A DNA stretch of 64,000 nucleotides from Chitinophagales bacterium (GTDB taxonomy: Bacteria; Bacteroidota; Bacteroidia; Chitinophagales; JADIYW01): positions 1,884,169 to 1,948,168 of the forward strand of contig JACJXT010000011.1 in NCBI GenBank assembly GCA_020636535.1. Direction: 5' to 3'. Both the position numbers and the translations under genes were made by a program. Position 1 is the stretch's first letter, and every line of letters starts with the position of its first letter. Of the stretch, positions 28,922-39,888 are shown in pieces. The notes below the pieces were generated by a model that saw nothing but the letters and a program-made list of their open reading frames with translations, was not told where the DNA came from and did no database searches.

Positions 28922-29044
28922 AGTATTTATAGCATTTCTTAGGTTTCAAAATTAAAACTTTTTATTCAAAAATACTTAAAATTATTAAATCTTTATATGT
29001 GGAGAACTTGTGGACTTTTGTTTGAGTAAACTATGCAAATTGTG

Positions 29045-29052
29045 TATTTTTG
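29045..29052 (+). promoter_or_regulatory. -7 promoter box (TATTTTTG) of atpDC
   Basis: TGTGTATTTTTGCGTCC lies 24 nt upstream of the atpD ATG. Confidence 0.45.
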
Positions 29053-29064
29053 CGTCCGAATTAA

Positions 29065-30585
<1,521 letters not shown>

Positions 30586-30591
30586 TAAACA

Positions 30592-30837
30592 ATGAATTTA
30601 GTAATTCTTACACCAGAAATAACTGTATTTAGTGGCGAAGCTAAAAGCGTTTCTCTTCCAGGAGAAAGTGGTAGGTTTCAAGTATTAGAAAATCATGCTG
30701 CCTTAATTGCTGCTTTAAAAGAAGGTGAGGTAAAAGTAGAAACTGCTAATGATAAAAACACTTACACCATTAAAAGTGGTATAGTAGAAGTATTAAACAA
30801 CAAAGTGTCTGTGCTTACAGAAGGCATTGTTGCATAA
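30592..30837 (+). CDS. atpC: F0F1 ATP synthase subunit epsilon
   Basis: 81 aa, directly after atpD. Beta-sandwich N-domain pattern (..VSLPGESGRFQVLENHAALIAAL). Confidence 0.85.
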   Translation: MNLVILTPEITVFSGEAKSVSLPGESGRFQVLENHAALIAALKEGEVKVETANDKNTYTIKSGIVEVLNNKVSVLTEGIVA

Positions 30838-30863
30838 AATAAACAACCAACCAAATTAAAAAT

Positions 30864-30897
30864 GAAGGAAGACTAGCAATAGTCTTCCTTTTTTTAT
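30864..30897 (+). terminator. Rho-independent terminator of atpDC
   Basis: GGAAGACT (30867-30874) pairs with AGTCTTCC (30881-30888), followed by TTTTTTT. Confidence 0.8.
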
Positions 30898-30996
30898 TAT
30901 TAGACCTCTTTATATAATAGATTTTATGTATAAATTTTCTTGCTTTGTTACTCTATTCGTAGCAGTAGTCTCTCAAAGAGGACTCTGCGAATAATG
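30898..30996 (+). repeat. Copy of the roughly 100-bp hairpin-containing intergenic repeat (partner at 6995-7095, opposite strand)
   Basis: See 6995-7095. It ends in the imperfect 44-nt hairpin TATTCGTAGCAGTAGTCTCTCAAAGAGGACTCTGCGAATA. Confidence 0.65.
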
Positions 30997-31374
30997 AATA
31001 TTTAGAAAAGTTTAAACAAGTACATATAATACCAATTAATTCAATTGTAAGTATAAAAAAAGAGTCCAAAAGAAAAGTTATAATTGCTTATGATAATGAA
31101 GAGTCTATTAGGGTTTATGTAAGATTAATATTTAGCAATGTAGATGAATTTATAAACTGTTTCAATATCTATTCGTAGCAGTAGTCTCTCGAAGAGGACT
31201 CTGCGAATAATGGATATCTAGAAAAGTTTAAACAAATACATATAATACCAATTAATTCAATTGTAAGTATAAAAAAAGAGTCCAAAAGAAAAGTTATAAT
31301 TGCTTATGATAATGAAGAGTCGATTAGGGTTTATGTAAGATTAATATTTAGCAATGTAGATGAATTTATAAACT
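30952..31374. repeat. 216-bp tandem duplication (unit 1 at 30952-31167; unit 2 at 31168-31374, continuing at 32679-32687 after the IS)
   Basis: Direct alignment of the two units shows 5 substitutions in 207 bp. Each unit starts with the 44-nt hairpin. Unit 2 is interrupted by IS copy B. Confidence 0.9.
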
Positions 31375-32674
31375 GAGACCGTTGCAAAAGGTGAAATTTT
31401 TGTTTTTTATTTATTATATTTATTAGTTTATATTTGTTGTATTTTAATTTGTTTGTTTTATTGGCTTATTTTGTTATTTTTTATCTTTTTTGATTGATTT
31501 TTGTTTGTTTAGTACTCTTTTTTTTTACTTTTCTTCGCTTTTTTATGCTTTGGACATAAGTATCCCTGGACTTCTGTATAAATTATATGCTATGGCTTCC
31601 ATTATGTTTTGTGTGTGCATCTTGGCTATGCCTCTGTATCTTGCTATACCGCCGTTAAACCATCTTTTTATACTGCCAAAAGTGCGTTCTATTTTATATC
31701 TGGTTTTGCTTATTAGTTTGTTATAATCTGTTTGGGCTTGTGTTAATGCTTTATTTTTAGTTGCTTTTTTTAATATGTTATTTTTTAATCCTAATGTCTT
31801 TAACAATTCATTATTCTTCTCTGATTGATAACCTTTGTCTGCTTTTACTGCTATGTCTTTTGGTAAGTCTGCTGTTTTTAATACCGTTTCTAGATTACTA
31901 ATTTCATTTACACTTGCTTTGGTGGTTAATACGCCTAATACTAATCCTTCGTTGTCTGTTACATAGTGTTTCTTATAGCCATATTTTAGTTGTTTGCCTC
32001 TCTTTATCCATGCTGCTTCTATGTCTACACTTGTACTGTATTTTTTTTCTACCGTCTTTGTTGGTACTTCTTGTGATTGCTCTTGTTGTTGTTGTTGTGC
32101 TTCAAGCTCATAATTACTTTTTCCTTTGGGTTTTAATGGTGTTTCTACTATACTGGCATCTACTATAGCTCCTGTCTTTACTAGTATTTGATGCCTTTCT
32201 AATTGTTTGTTTATCTGTTTTAATAGTTCATCATATGCTCCTGCTCCTGTCATTGCTGTTCTAAACCTGCTTATGGTACTATGGTCTGGTGAGGTTTGGT
32301 CTATGGTTAATTCTAAGAAAGTACTAAAGGAGATACTGTCGTTTATTCTGTCTTCTACTTCGTAATCACTTAGTCCGTACCATGTTTGTAGTAAACAGAT
32401 TTTGAATAATAACAATCCATCATAACTTGGCTTGCCTGTTGCACTTGTGCCTTTGGTGTAATACTTATCTATTACTGTACTAATTTGTTGCCAATCTATT
32501 AACTGGTTGATTTGTGTAAAGAAAACTTGTTTAACTTTCTTTACGCGTGTATCGCATATACTGTCTGCTAATGTGAGTGGCTTATTTATTTTCATAACTC
32601 TAATATACTAACTTATAGTATAATTACAAACATTATTCTATATTATTTTTTATCACTGCCTTGCAACGGTCTTA
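31375..32674 (-). mobile_element. IS5-family insertion sequence, copy B, intact
   Basis: About 1300 bp. Terminal inverted repeats are GAGACCGTTGCAAAAGGTGA (31375-) and TCACTGCCTTGCAACGGTCT(TA) (-32674). It is flanked by a direct duplication AACT/TAAACT of a sequence that is uninterrupted in repeat unit 1. Confidence 0.92.
31543..32595 (-). CDS. IS5-family DDE transposase
   Basis: 350 aa. InsH-like N-domain (LLFKICLLQTWYGLSDYEVEDRINDS), DDE_Tnp_1-type C-terminus (DKGY..YKIERTFGSIKRWF..ARYRG), and an internal QQQQQEQSQE tract. Confidence 0.9.
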   Translation of the reverse strand: MKINKPLTLADSICDTRVKKVKQVFFTQINQLIDWQQISTVIDKYYTKGTSATGKPSYDGLLLFKICLLQTWYGLSDYEVEDRINDSISFSTFLELTIDQTSPDHSTISRFRTAMTGAGAYDELLKQINKQLERHQILVKTGAIVDASIVETPLKPKGKSNYELEAQQQQQEQSQEVPTKTVEKKYSTSVDIEAAWIKRGKQLKYGYKKHYVTDNEGLVLGVLTTKASVNEISNLETVLKTADLPKDIAVKADKGYQSEKNNELLKTLGLKNNILKKATKNKALTQAQTDYNKLISKTRYKIERTFGSIKRWFNGGIARYRGIAKMHTQNIMEAIAYNLYRSPGILMSKA

Positions 32675-32902
32675 AACTGTTTCAATAGTACAGCTTATGA
32701 AATCACTTTAGTATAAATAGATAATGTTGCCAACAAAGTCTAACATCTAACAATCTTGGCTCTAACAATCTTCTACCCAATACCCAATACTATAAAGATA
32801 CCTAAAATTTAGTAGTCAAATAATGTTTTTTGGTATTGTTTGATTCTAGTCGTACTACTATATTTGTACTCTATTTAAAATAAGTCTAAATAAAATTAAG
32901 AA

Positions 32903-34006
32903 ATGAAATCAAATAAACTTTTAATTATTGTGCTATGTTTATTAGCAATTGCTTGTACTAAAGAAGAAGAAACTATCAACTTGCCTAGTTCGTATAGCTT
33001 CGAAAATGTTAACTTTAGTGGCCAAACTGAAAGATTAGCGATGCTAACAGAAATGATTACCGAAATGAAAAAAGGTAAAACTCAAAACTTAGATGCCAAT
33101 GTATTATTAAATATGTATGCTAATGCAAACAGTCCATTTACCAATGCAACACTCAATGCTTCAACCAAGCAATTAAAAAACAAAACTTACGAAGCTGATA
33201 TAGTATTGGTAGAGAATTTAATTAATTACTTAGCTTCTATTAGTACACATCACAATACAGCAGTAACTACTTCTGGTACAAACGGAGTAGCTACAAGTAC
33301 AACTAACACTAGTCGTTCTTATTTAGTAGATAGTAATGGTATTGATTTAGTAGAATTGGTACAAAAAACAATTATGGGAGCTGTTTTCTATTATAGAATT
33401 GCTGAAGAATATACTACATACAATAAACTAGCAACTGCAGATAACAATACTGTTGTTGATGGCGAAGGTACTGCTATGCAACATTATTGGGACGAAGCTT
33501 TCGGATATATGGGAATTCCTACAAATGTTACAGTAGATAACTACGATGCTGAAGACGAAGCTGGTAATTTAATTTATTATGGTGAATATGTAAATTCAGG
33601 TAAACCAATTAATTTGTTATCTAGTACTTTACACAGTTTTATTCAAGGTAGAGATGCTATTAATCGTAGAGACTATACTGTAAGAGATGTTGCTGCGGCT
33701 AATGTTAGAAAAAATGTAGAATACATAAATGTTTGTGCTATGTTGCATTACTTAAATAGTGCTAGAACTAACTATGACGATTATGCTGTAAGATGTCATG
33801 TGTTGTCTGAAGCACTTGGATTTTTCTTAAACTTAAAGTATAACGCTAATAAAATTATTACAGATACAGACTACAATGCTATAAAAGATTACTTTTTAGT
33901 AAACGAAAATTGGTCGGTTGCTCATCTAAATACAACTCAATTAACTTATCTTAGAGATACCATTGCTGAAATTTATGGTTTAGAAGATTATAAAACATTA
34001 TTTTAA
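32903..34006 (+). CDS. Lipoprotein, DUF4856-like (imelysin-associated)
   Basis: 367 aa with lipobox LLAIAC. First gene of a tightly overlapping 4-gene unit with imelysin, HTTM and a TonB-dependent receptor. The family name is from memory of this conserved neighbourhood. Confidence 0.45.
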   Translation: MKSNKLLIIVLCLLAIACTKEEETINLPSSYSFENVNFSGQTERLAMLTEMITEMKKGKTQNLDANVLLNMYANANSPFTNATLNASTKQLKNKTYEADIVLVENLINYLASISTHHNTAVTTSGTNGVATSTTNTSRSYLVDSNGIDLVELVQKTIMGAVFYYRIAEEYTTYNKLATADNNTVVDGEGTAMQHYWDEAFGYMGIPTNVTVDNYDAEDEAGNLIYYGEYVNSGKPINLLSSTLHSFIQGRDAINRRDYTVRDVAAANVRKNVEYINVCAMLHYLNSARTNYDDYAVRCHVLSEALGFFLNLKYNANKIITDTDYNAIKDYFLVNENWSVAHLNTTQLTYLRDTIAEIYGLEDYKTLF

Positions 34007-35073
34007 TGAAAAATACAATATATTTAATTTTACTTTCTTTGTGTATAGTATCTTGTACTGAAGACAAACCAAGCAGTTCTTGCGAAACAGTTGATAACAA
34101 TGCTATACTACAAAACTTAGGCAATATTATTGTCGATAGATATAGTCAGCTCAACACACAAGCAACACTTACACAAACAGCTATTACTGCTTTTATAACA
34201 GCACCTACAACAGTTACACTTACGGCTGCTCAAAATGCTTTAAAACAATTGTATCTCGATTTTGAAACTGTTGAAATGCTACAATTTGGTCCAGCTGAAT
34301 CGTATTTGCAAAGAACAGCTTTAAATAATTATCCAACAGATACAACTATAATTCAAACTGCAATTGCTAATGGTATAACTGATTTACAAAATATCAGTAA
34401 CAGTGCAAAAGGAATTCATGCTTTAGATTACTTATTATTTGGTGTAGCAAACTCTAATACAGACATTGTCAATTGGTACAGTGCTACAAATAATAAAAAC
34501 TATTTAACAGCAGTGATGACTCAAGTGAAAACTGTAATCAACAATGTTTATAATGAATGGAATCCAAACGATGGAAATTATTACAATACATTTATCAATG
34601 CAACTGGAGTTGATATTGCAAGTGCATTTGGTCAGCTAAGTAATGCCATCATTGCAGATTACGAAAAATATGCAAGAGATGGAAAAGTAGGCATTCCTTT
34701 AGGTATTAGAACGCTTGGCGTACCACAATTAAATAATGTAGAAGGATTGTATAGCAAGACTTCATTACAATTATTAGAAAATTATATAATAAACTATAAA
34801 TCATTATTCAATGGAAATAATGGTTTAGGTTTAGATGATTATTTAAATAATGTTGGAAGAAGTGATTTAAGTACACAAATCAATAACGAACTACAAGCAA
34901 TTTTAAATACTATCGATACTTTTAATCATGATTTGGCTTACGAAATTACCAATAATGAAGCTGCTGTTCAAACACTATATAGTCAATTACAAGCTTTATT
35001 ACTGACTTTAAAAGTGGATATGGTGTCTGCAATGTGTCTGACGATTACCTACCAAGATGTTGACGGTGATTAA
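34006..35073 (+). CDS. Imelysin-family (Peptidase_M75-like) lipoprotein
   Basis: 355 aa with lipobox IVSC. It carries the imelysin GxHxxE-type motif as KGIHALDYLLFG. Its start overlaps the upstream stop (TAATG). Confidence 0.65.
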   Translation: MKNTIYLILLSLCIVSCTEDKPSSSCETVDNNAILQNLGNIIVDRYSQLNTQATLTQTAITAFITAPTTVTLTAAQNALKQLYLDFETVEMLQFGPAESYLQRTALNNYPTDTTIIQTAIANGITDLQNISNSAKGIHALDYLLFGVANSNTDIVNWYSATNNKNYLTAVMTQVKTVINNVYNEWNPNDGNYYNTFINATGVDIASAFGQLSNAIIADYEKYARDGKVGIPLGIRTLGVPQLNNVEGLYSKTSLQLLENYIINYKSLFNGNNGLGLDDYLNNVGRSDLSTQINNELQAILNTIDTFNHDLAYEITNNEAAVQTLYSQLQALLLTLKVDMVSAMCLTITYQDVDGD

Positions 35074-36418
35074 TTCAATCAACAAAAAACAATCATTGTA
35101 TCAATATTTTGTACGCAACAAAGTACACATTGCTCCATTAATTTCTTTTAGAATATTTTTTGGTTTAATGTTATTTGGCTCAACACTACGATTCATTCTG
35201 AATGACTGGATAGAACAATTATATATTTTACCAACTTATTTCTTTTCTTATTATGGATTTGAGTGGATAAAACCTTTATCACCTACATTATTATATGCTT
35301 TTTTTGGTGTGATGTTATTTGCAGCTCTAGCTGTAATGCTTGGTTTTTTATATCGCTTAAGTGCTATATTATTATTTATTACATTCTCGTATATCGAATT
35401 AATTGATAGAACCAATTACTTAAATCACTATTATTTTGTGAGCTTGGTATGCTTTATTATAATATTCTTGCCATTAGCAAAATCATTTTCATTAGATAAT
35501 GTATTATTCAAACGAGAAAACTATACACAAGTTCCAGCTATAAGCGTCAATATTATAAAAGTCATGTTAGGTGTTGTCTATTTTTATGCTGGTTTTGCAA
35601 AAGTAAATCACGCTTGGTTAATCGATGCACAGCCACTAAAAATTTGGCTGTCTTCAAAACAGCACTTTCCAATTGTAGGCAATTTATTAACCAAAACATT
35701 TACAGCTTATTTATTTAGTTGGTTTGGTTGTATATTTGATTTAACTATATTTTTCTTCTTATCTTGGAAAAAATCTCGACCAATAGCATATTGCTTTGTT
35801 ATAGTATTTCATGTTGCTACACGATTGCTATTTCCAATTGGTATGTTTCCTTTTATTATGATTGTATCAACTACCATATTTTTTAGTACTACAACTCACA
35901 TCAAACTGCAACAAAAATTATTTCGATTCAATTGGGATAAAGTACAAACAAAAATATACGATTTTTTATTTCCTAAATTAATTGATATTGCTTTTATTTT
36001 ATTCATCAGTTTTCAAATTGTATTTCCACTACGATACTTATTATACAAAGGCAATATATTTTGGACAGAAGAAGGCTATCGTTTCTCATGGCGTGTAATG
36101 TTAATGGAAAAAGCTGGTTTAGCTACATTTCTTATTACCAATCAAGATGGAAGTCAGAAAGTAATAGTACAGAACGACAAATATCTTACATCATATCAAA
36201 TTAAAATGATGAGTACACAACCTGATATGATTTTAGAATATGCACATTTTCTTGGAGGTACTTATGCCAAAATGGGTTATCAAAATCCAAAAGTATTTGT
36301 AGATGCTTTTGTTAGCTTAAATGGCAGCAAGTCAAAAAGATTTATTGATAATACTGTCGATTTAATGAAAGAAAAAGATTCGTTTAAACATAAAACATGG
36401 ATTTTAGATGAAAATTAA
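35057..36418 (+). CDS. HTTM-domain membrane protein (vitamin K-dependent gamma-carboxylase-like)
   Basis: 453 aa, polytopic. The N-terminal APLISFRIFFGLMLFGSTLRF..W is characteristic of HTTM. It overlaps the upstream gene by 17 nt and the downstream gene by 11 nt. Confidence 0.7.
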   Translation: MLTVINSINKKQSLYQYFVRNKVHIAPLISFRIFFGLMLFGSTLRFILNDWIEQLYILPTYFFSYYGFEWIKPLSPTLLYAFFGVMLFAALAVMLGFLYRLSAILLFITFSYIELIDRTNYLNHYYFVSLVCFIIIFLPLAKSFSLDNVLFKRENYTQVPAISVNIIKVMLGVVYFYAGFAKVNHAWLIDAQPLKIWLSSKQHFPIVGNLLTKTFTAYLFSWFGCIFDLTIFFFLSWKKSRPIAYCFVIVFHVATRLLFPIGMFPFIMIVSTTIFFSTTTHIKLQQKLFRFNWDKVQTKIYDFLFPKLIDIAFILFISFQIVFPLRYLLYKGNIFWTEEGYRFSWRVMLMEKAGLATFLITNQDGSQKVIVQNDKYLTSYQIKMMSTQPDMILEYAHFLGGTYAKMGYQNPKVFVDAFVSLNGSKSKRFIDNTVDLMKEKDSFKHKTWILDEN

Positions 36419-38813
36419 TAATATACTTTTTATTTATTTTGCTTTGGTGATTAACCTATTGTTTGCTCAAGAAAAGCACACGATTAAAATAGTCAATCAA
36501 CAACAACAAGCTATTGCAGATGCCAATGTGAGTTCTTTTGATGAGCAATTTCATACAGTAAGTAATAACGATGGAATAATTCAAATTCCAGTTAATAAAT
36601 TGAATCAGCTATTCACAATATCTAAAATTGGTTTTCAAGAATTAATAATTACTATTAATATAAATGATAAACATATAATATTAGATAGTAGTACTACTAT
36701 TTTAGATGAAGTACAAATAAATGACACTAAAAAAAATAACTTACTAGACAATCAATACCTTAAAAATGTAGAAGATATGTCGATTTTTGCTGCTAAGAAA
36801 ACAGATTTAATTTTTCTTGAAAAACTCAATGTCAACTTAGCAAGAAATTCAGGACGACAAATTTTTGCTAAAATTGCAGGTTTAAATATTTGGGAAAGCG
36901 ATGCTTCTGGTCTGCAATTAGATGTTGCTACAAGAGGTTTAGAACCAACACGAAGTTCTAATTTTAATATTCGTCAAAATGGTTACGATATTTCTGCTGA
37001 TGCTTTAGGTTATCCTGATGCTTATTATTTACCACCAGCAGAAGCTGTAGAAAAAATAGAAATTGTTCGTGGTGCTTCTGGTTTGCAATATGGTACACAG
37101 TTTGGTGGTATGATTAATTTTAAACTTAAACAAGCTACTACAACAAAACCATATCACATCAATCTACAACAAACAGTAGGTAGCTATGGTTTCTCAAATA
37201 CATTTGTTGGATTTGATGGTACGCATAAAAAATTAAGTTATTATTCTTTTTATCAATTTAGACGAGGCAATAGCTTCCGTCCTAATTCTTTATTCAAAGC
37301 ACATAATTATTATACTCATCTCAAATATCAAATCAACGAAAAAGCAAGTATTGGTGCAGAATATAGTGGCATGAATTATTTAGCACAAATGCCTGGTGGT
37401 TTAACAGATGCTCAGTTTAATGACAATCCAAATCAATCCAATAGAACTAGAAATTGGTTTGCTATTAATTGGAATTTATTAAATATTGAATTTAGATATA
37501 AATTTAATAACAAGTTATCTTTATTGTCTAATACTTTTGCTTTGTTTGCAGGAAGAGATGCTATTGGCAACTTAAGTAATATTCAACAGAACGACCAACT
37601 CAATACGCCTAGAAATTTATTGAGCGACCAATACAAAAATATAGGCAACGAAACACGACTAATGTACAAGTACAATACAACGGCTACCAAAAGTTTTGTA
37701 TTGCTGCTTGGTGCAAGAATTTATAGAGGACATACTTCTAAAAAACAAGATGATGCTAATGCAGGAAATGATGCTACATTCGAGTTTTTAAGTGATTCAT
37801 TAATCAGTGGTTCCGATTTTAAATTTCCTAGTACCAATATTGCTTTGTTTGGCGAACAGCTGTTTACATTAAATCGCTTTTCTTTTACGCCAGGATTTAG
37901 ATACGAGTACATTCAAACTACAGCTAAAGGTTTTTATAAAGACAGATATGTTTTTAATGATATTGTTTTGAGAGATTCAACAATTGATGAATCAAGAACT
38001 AAAGGTCGTCATATCTTTTTATTAGGATTAGGATTGTCGTATAAACTATTAACTACATTAGAAATGTATGCTAACCTTTCACAAAATTATAGAGCAATAA
38101 ACTTTAATGATATCAGAGCCAATATTCCAGGATTAAGAGTCAATCCAAATTTAAAAGACGAAAAAGGATATAGTTTTGATTTTGGATTAAGAGGAACTTA
38201 TAAAAATATACTAAACTATAATATTGGTACATTCTGCATGATTTATAATGACAGAATTAGTGAAATCAACAAAAAAGATACGCTTACATTAATCGCTTAT
38301 CGTTATAGAACCAATGTAGCCAAATCAAGAGCATTAGGTGTAGATATAGCAGTAGAAATAGACTTCTTGAAATTTAAAAATCAAGAGAATAAATTTGGTT
38401 TAAAATGGTATAACAACTTTGCCTATTTGAATGCACAATACATCAAATCAGAAGAAACAGCAATAGTTGGCAATAGCGTAGAATATGCACCAGATTTTAT
38501 TTATAGAACAGGACTTACATTTTCCTACGAATCATTTACAATTGGAGCTAATGTAGCTTATGTTAGTCAACAATTTACAGATGCTACTAATGCAACACAA
38601 GCAACGCCAAATGCCATAGCAGGTTTAGTACCAGCTTATTATAATATAGATATTAATACAAGCTATACATACAAATGGTTTACCTTTAAAGTAAGTGGCA
38701 ATAATATAACTAACAATAAATATTTCACTAGGAGAGCAGCAGGTTATCCAGGACCAGGCATTATTCCAGCCGAAGCCATGTCGTGGTACGGAACACTAAT
38801 TTTTAATTGGTAA
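36408..38813 (+). CDS. TonB-dependent receptor (siderophore/metal-type)
   Basis: 801 aa. Signal peptide, CarboxypepD_reg-like N-domain, plug (..IEIVRGASGLQYGTQFGGMINF), and barrel ending GTLIFNW. Confidence 0.85.
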   Translation: MKINNILFIYFALVINLLFAQEKHTIKIVNQQQQAIADANVSSFDEQFHTVSNNDGIIQIPVNKLNQLFTISKIGFQELIITININDKHIILDSSTTILDEVQINDTKKNNLLDNQYLKNVEDMSIFAAKKTDLIFLEKLNVNLARNSGRQIFAKIAGLNIWESDASGLQLDVATRGLEPTRSSNFNIRQNGYDISADALGYPDAYYLPPAEAVEKIEIVRGASGLQYGTQFGGMINFKLKQATTTKPYHINLQQTVGSYGFSNTFVGFDGTHKKLSYYSFYQFRRGNSFRPNSLFKAHNYYTHLKYQINEKASIGAEYSGMNYLAQMPGGLTDAQFNDNPNQSNRTRNWFAINWNLLNIEFRYKFNNKLSLLSNTFALFAGRDAIGNLSNIQQNDQLNTPRNLLSDQYKNIGNETRLMYKYNTTATKSFVLLLGARIYRGHTSKKQDDANAGNDATFEFLSDSLISGSDFKFPSTNIALFGEQLFTLNRFSFTPGFRYEYIQTTAKGFYKDRYVFNDIVLRDSTIDESRTKGRHIFLLGLGLSYKLLTTLEMYANLSQNYRAINFNDIRANIPGLRVNPNLKDEKGYSFDFGLRGTYKNILNYNIGTFCMIYNDRISEINKKDTLTLIAYRYRTNVAKSRALGVDIAVEIDFLKFKNQENKFGLKWYNNFAYLNAQYIKSEETAIVGNSVEYAPDFIYRTGLTFSYESFTIGANVAYVSQQFTDATNATQATPNAIAGLVPAYYNIDINTSYTYKWFTFKVSGNNITNNKYFTRRAAGYPGPGIIPAEAMSWYGTLIFNW

Positions 38814-38885
38814 AATTGTGGCAATCTATCACATCCTGAATTTATTTCATGATTTTTTTCAATTCTATAGAAAAAAGAAAGCAAA

Positions 38886-39710
38886 CTAATCTTCCTTGCT
38901 AATTTCACCTAGCTTCATATCTTCAGAGTAGGCAACTTGAATATTGTTTTCACCTAACACTATTTTAATAGTTCTAGTTAAGTAATAATACACATCCCAA
39001 TAATTTTCGGGTTTAGCAAAAGCATAAATACCAAAATTAATAAAGTGAGTATCAAATGTTTCTATACCTAATGTTGTTTCTGGTGTTTTTAAAATCTTGT
39101 CGTTTTTTGCAATTTCAGCCAAGATTAATCGCTCAATTTTACTAAATTTTTCACTGTAAGGAATGTGTCCAAAAACATCTACTCTAATAAAACCAACACT
39201 CGAATGATTGACTATTAAATCGCTAATAGCCAAACCATTAGGTATAATTACAGTCTCGTTTAAAACCGTTTGCATTACAGTATTAAAAATCTGAATTTCT
39301 ACAACTTTTCCTTTCTTGTCTTTCAACTCAATAATATCACCAATTTTATAAGGTTTAAAAAGTAGAATTAATACACCAGCAGCAAAATTACTCAGACTTC
39401 CTTGTAATGCCATACCAACAGCAAAACCCGCAGCAGCCAATACAGCAACAAACGAACTCGTTTCAATACCAACAATTCCAGCAGCACTTATTACAATTAA
39501 AATTTTAAGTAACACAGCGCTAACTGTTATAATAAAAGGGCGTACATCTTCACTTATTTCTCTCTTTTTTAATGATTTAGCCAATACCTTTACTAGTTTA
39601 TTGCTCAACCAAAATCCAAGAATAATAATAAGAAGAGCCAAAGCCAACTTCGGAGCATAAGCAATTGCTTGATTAATTATAGCATCTAATTTTGAATTAA
39701 TATTTCCCAT
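38886..39710 (-). CDS. Mechanosensitive ion channel (MscS family)
   Basis: 274 aa. Three N-terminal TM helices, the pore-helix pattern ..LQGSLSNFAAGVLILLFKPYKIGDII, and a beta-domain. Confidence 0.85.
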   Translation of the reverse strand: MGNINSKLDAIINQAIAYAPKLALALLIIILGFWLSNKLVKVLAKSLKKREISEDVRPFIITVSAVLLKILIVISAAGIVGIETSSFVAVLAAAGFAVGMALQGSLSNFAAGVLILLFKPYKIGDIIELKDKKGKVVEIQIFNTVMQTVLNETVIIPNGLAISDLIVNHSSVGFIRVDVFGHIPYSEKFSKIERLILAEIAKNDKILKTPETTLGIETFDTHFINFGIYAFAKPENYWDVYYYLTRTIKIVLGENNIQVAYSEDMKLGEISKED

Positions 39711-39812
39711 ATTATCACAAAACTATAAAAATCATTAATTTAGAAATATAAACAAATTGTTAGCTAAGCTTTGTTTAGTTATTCGTCATTAAGTCATTAG
39801 TATTCTTTATCT

Positions 39813-39875
39813 CCGTCACGCTGAGTGAAGTACAACGAAACGAAGCGTCTCCTTTCCGAACTCGTTTCGGAATCT
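39813..39875. repeat. GC-rich palindromic intergenic element
   Basis: CCGTCACGCTGAGTGAAG...GAAGCGTCTCC, followed by the hairpin TTCCGAA-CTCGT-TTCGGAA (39854-39872). It abuts IS copy C. Confidence 0.4.
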
Positions 39876-39888
39876 ACTACTATAAATG

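Noticed and set aside
30952-31374. Possible CRISPR array or minisatellite downstream of atpC.
   Set aside because: There are only two units of 216 bp, with no short repeat/spacer alternation and no cas genes. It is a simple tandem duplication.
32675-32902. Fur box or other metal-regulator site upstream of the imelysin/HTTM operon (ATAGATAATGTT at about 32722; short direct repeats CTAACAATCTT x2 and CCCAATAC x2).
   Set aside because: Only about 8 of 19 positions match the classical Fur consensus, and there is no dyad symmetry. The short repeats are too small to interpret without comparative data.
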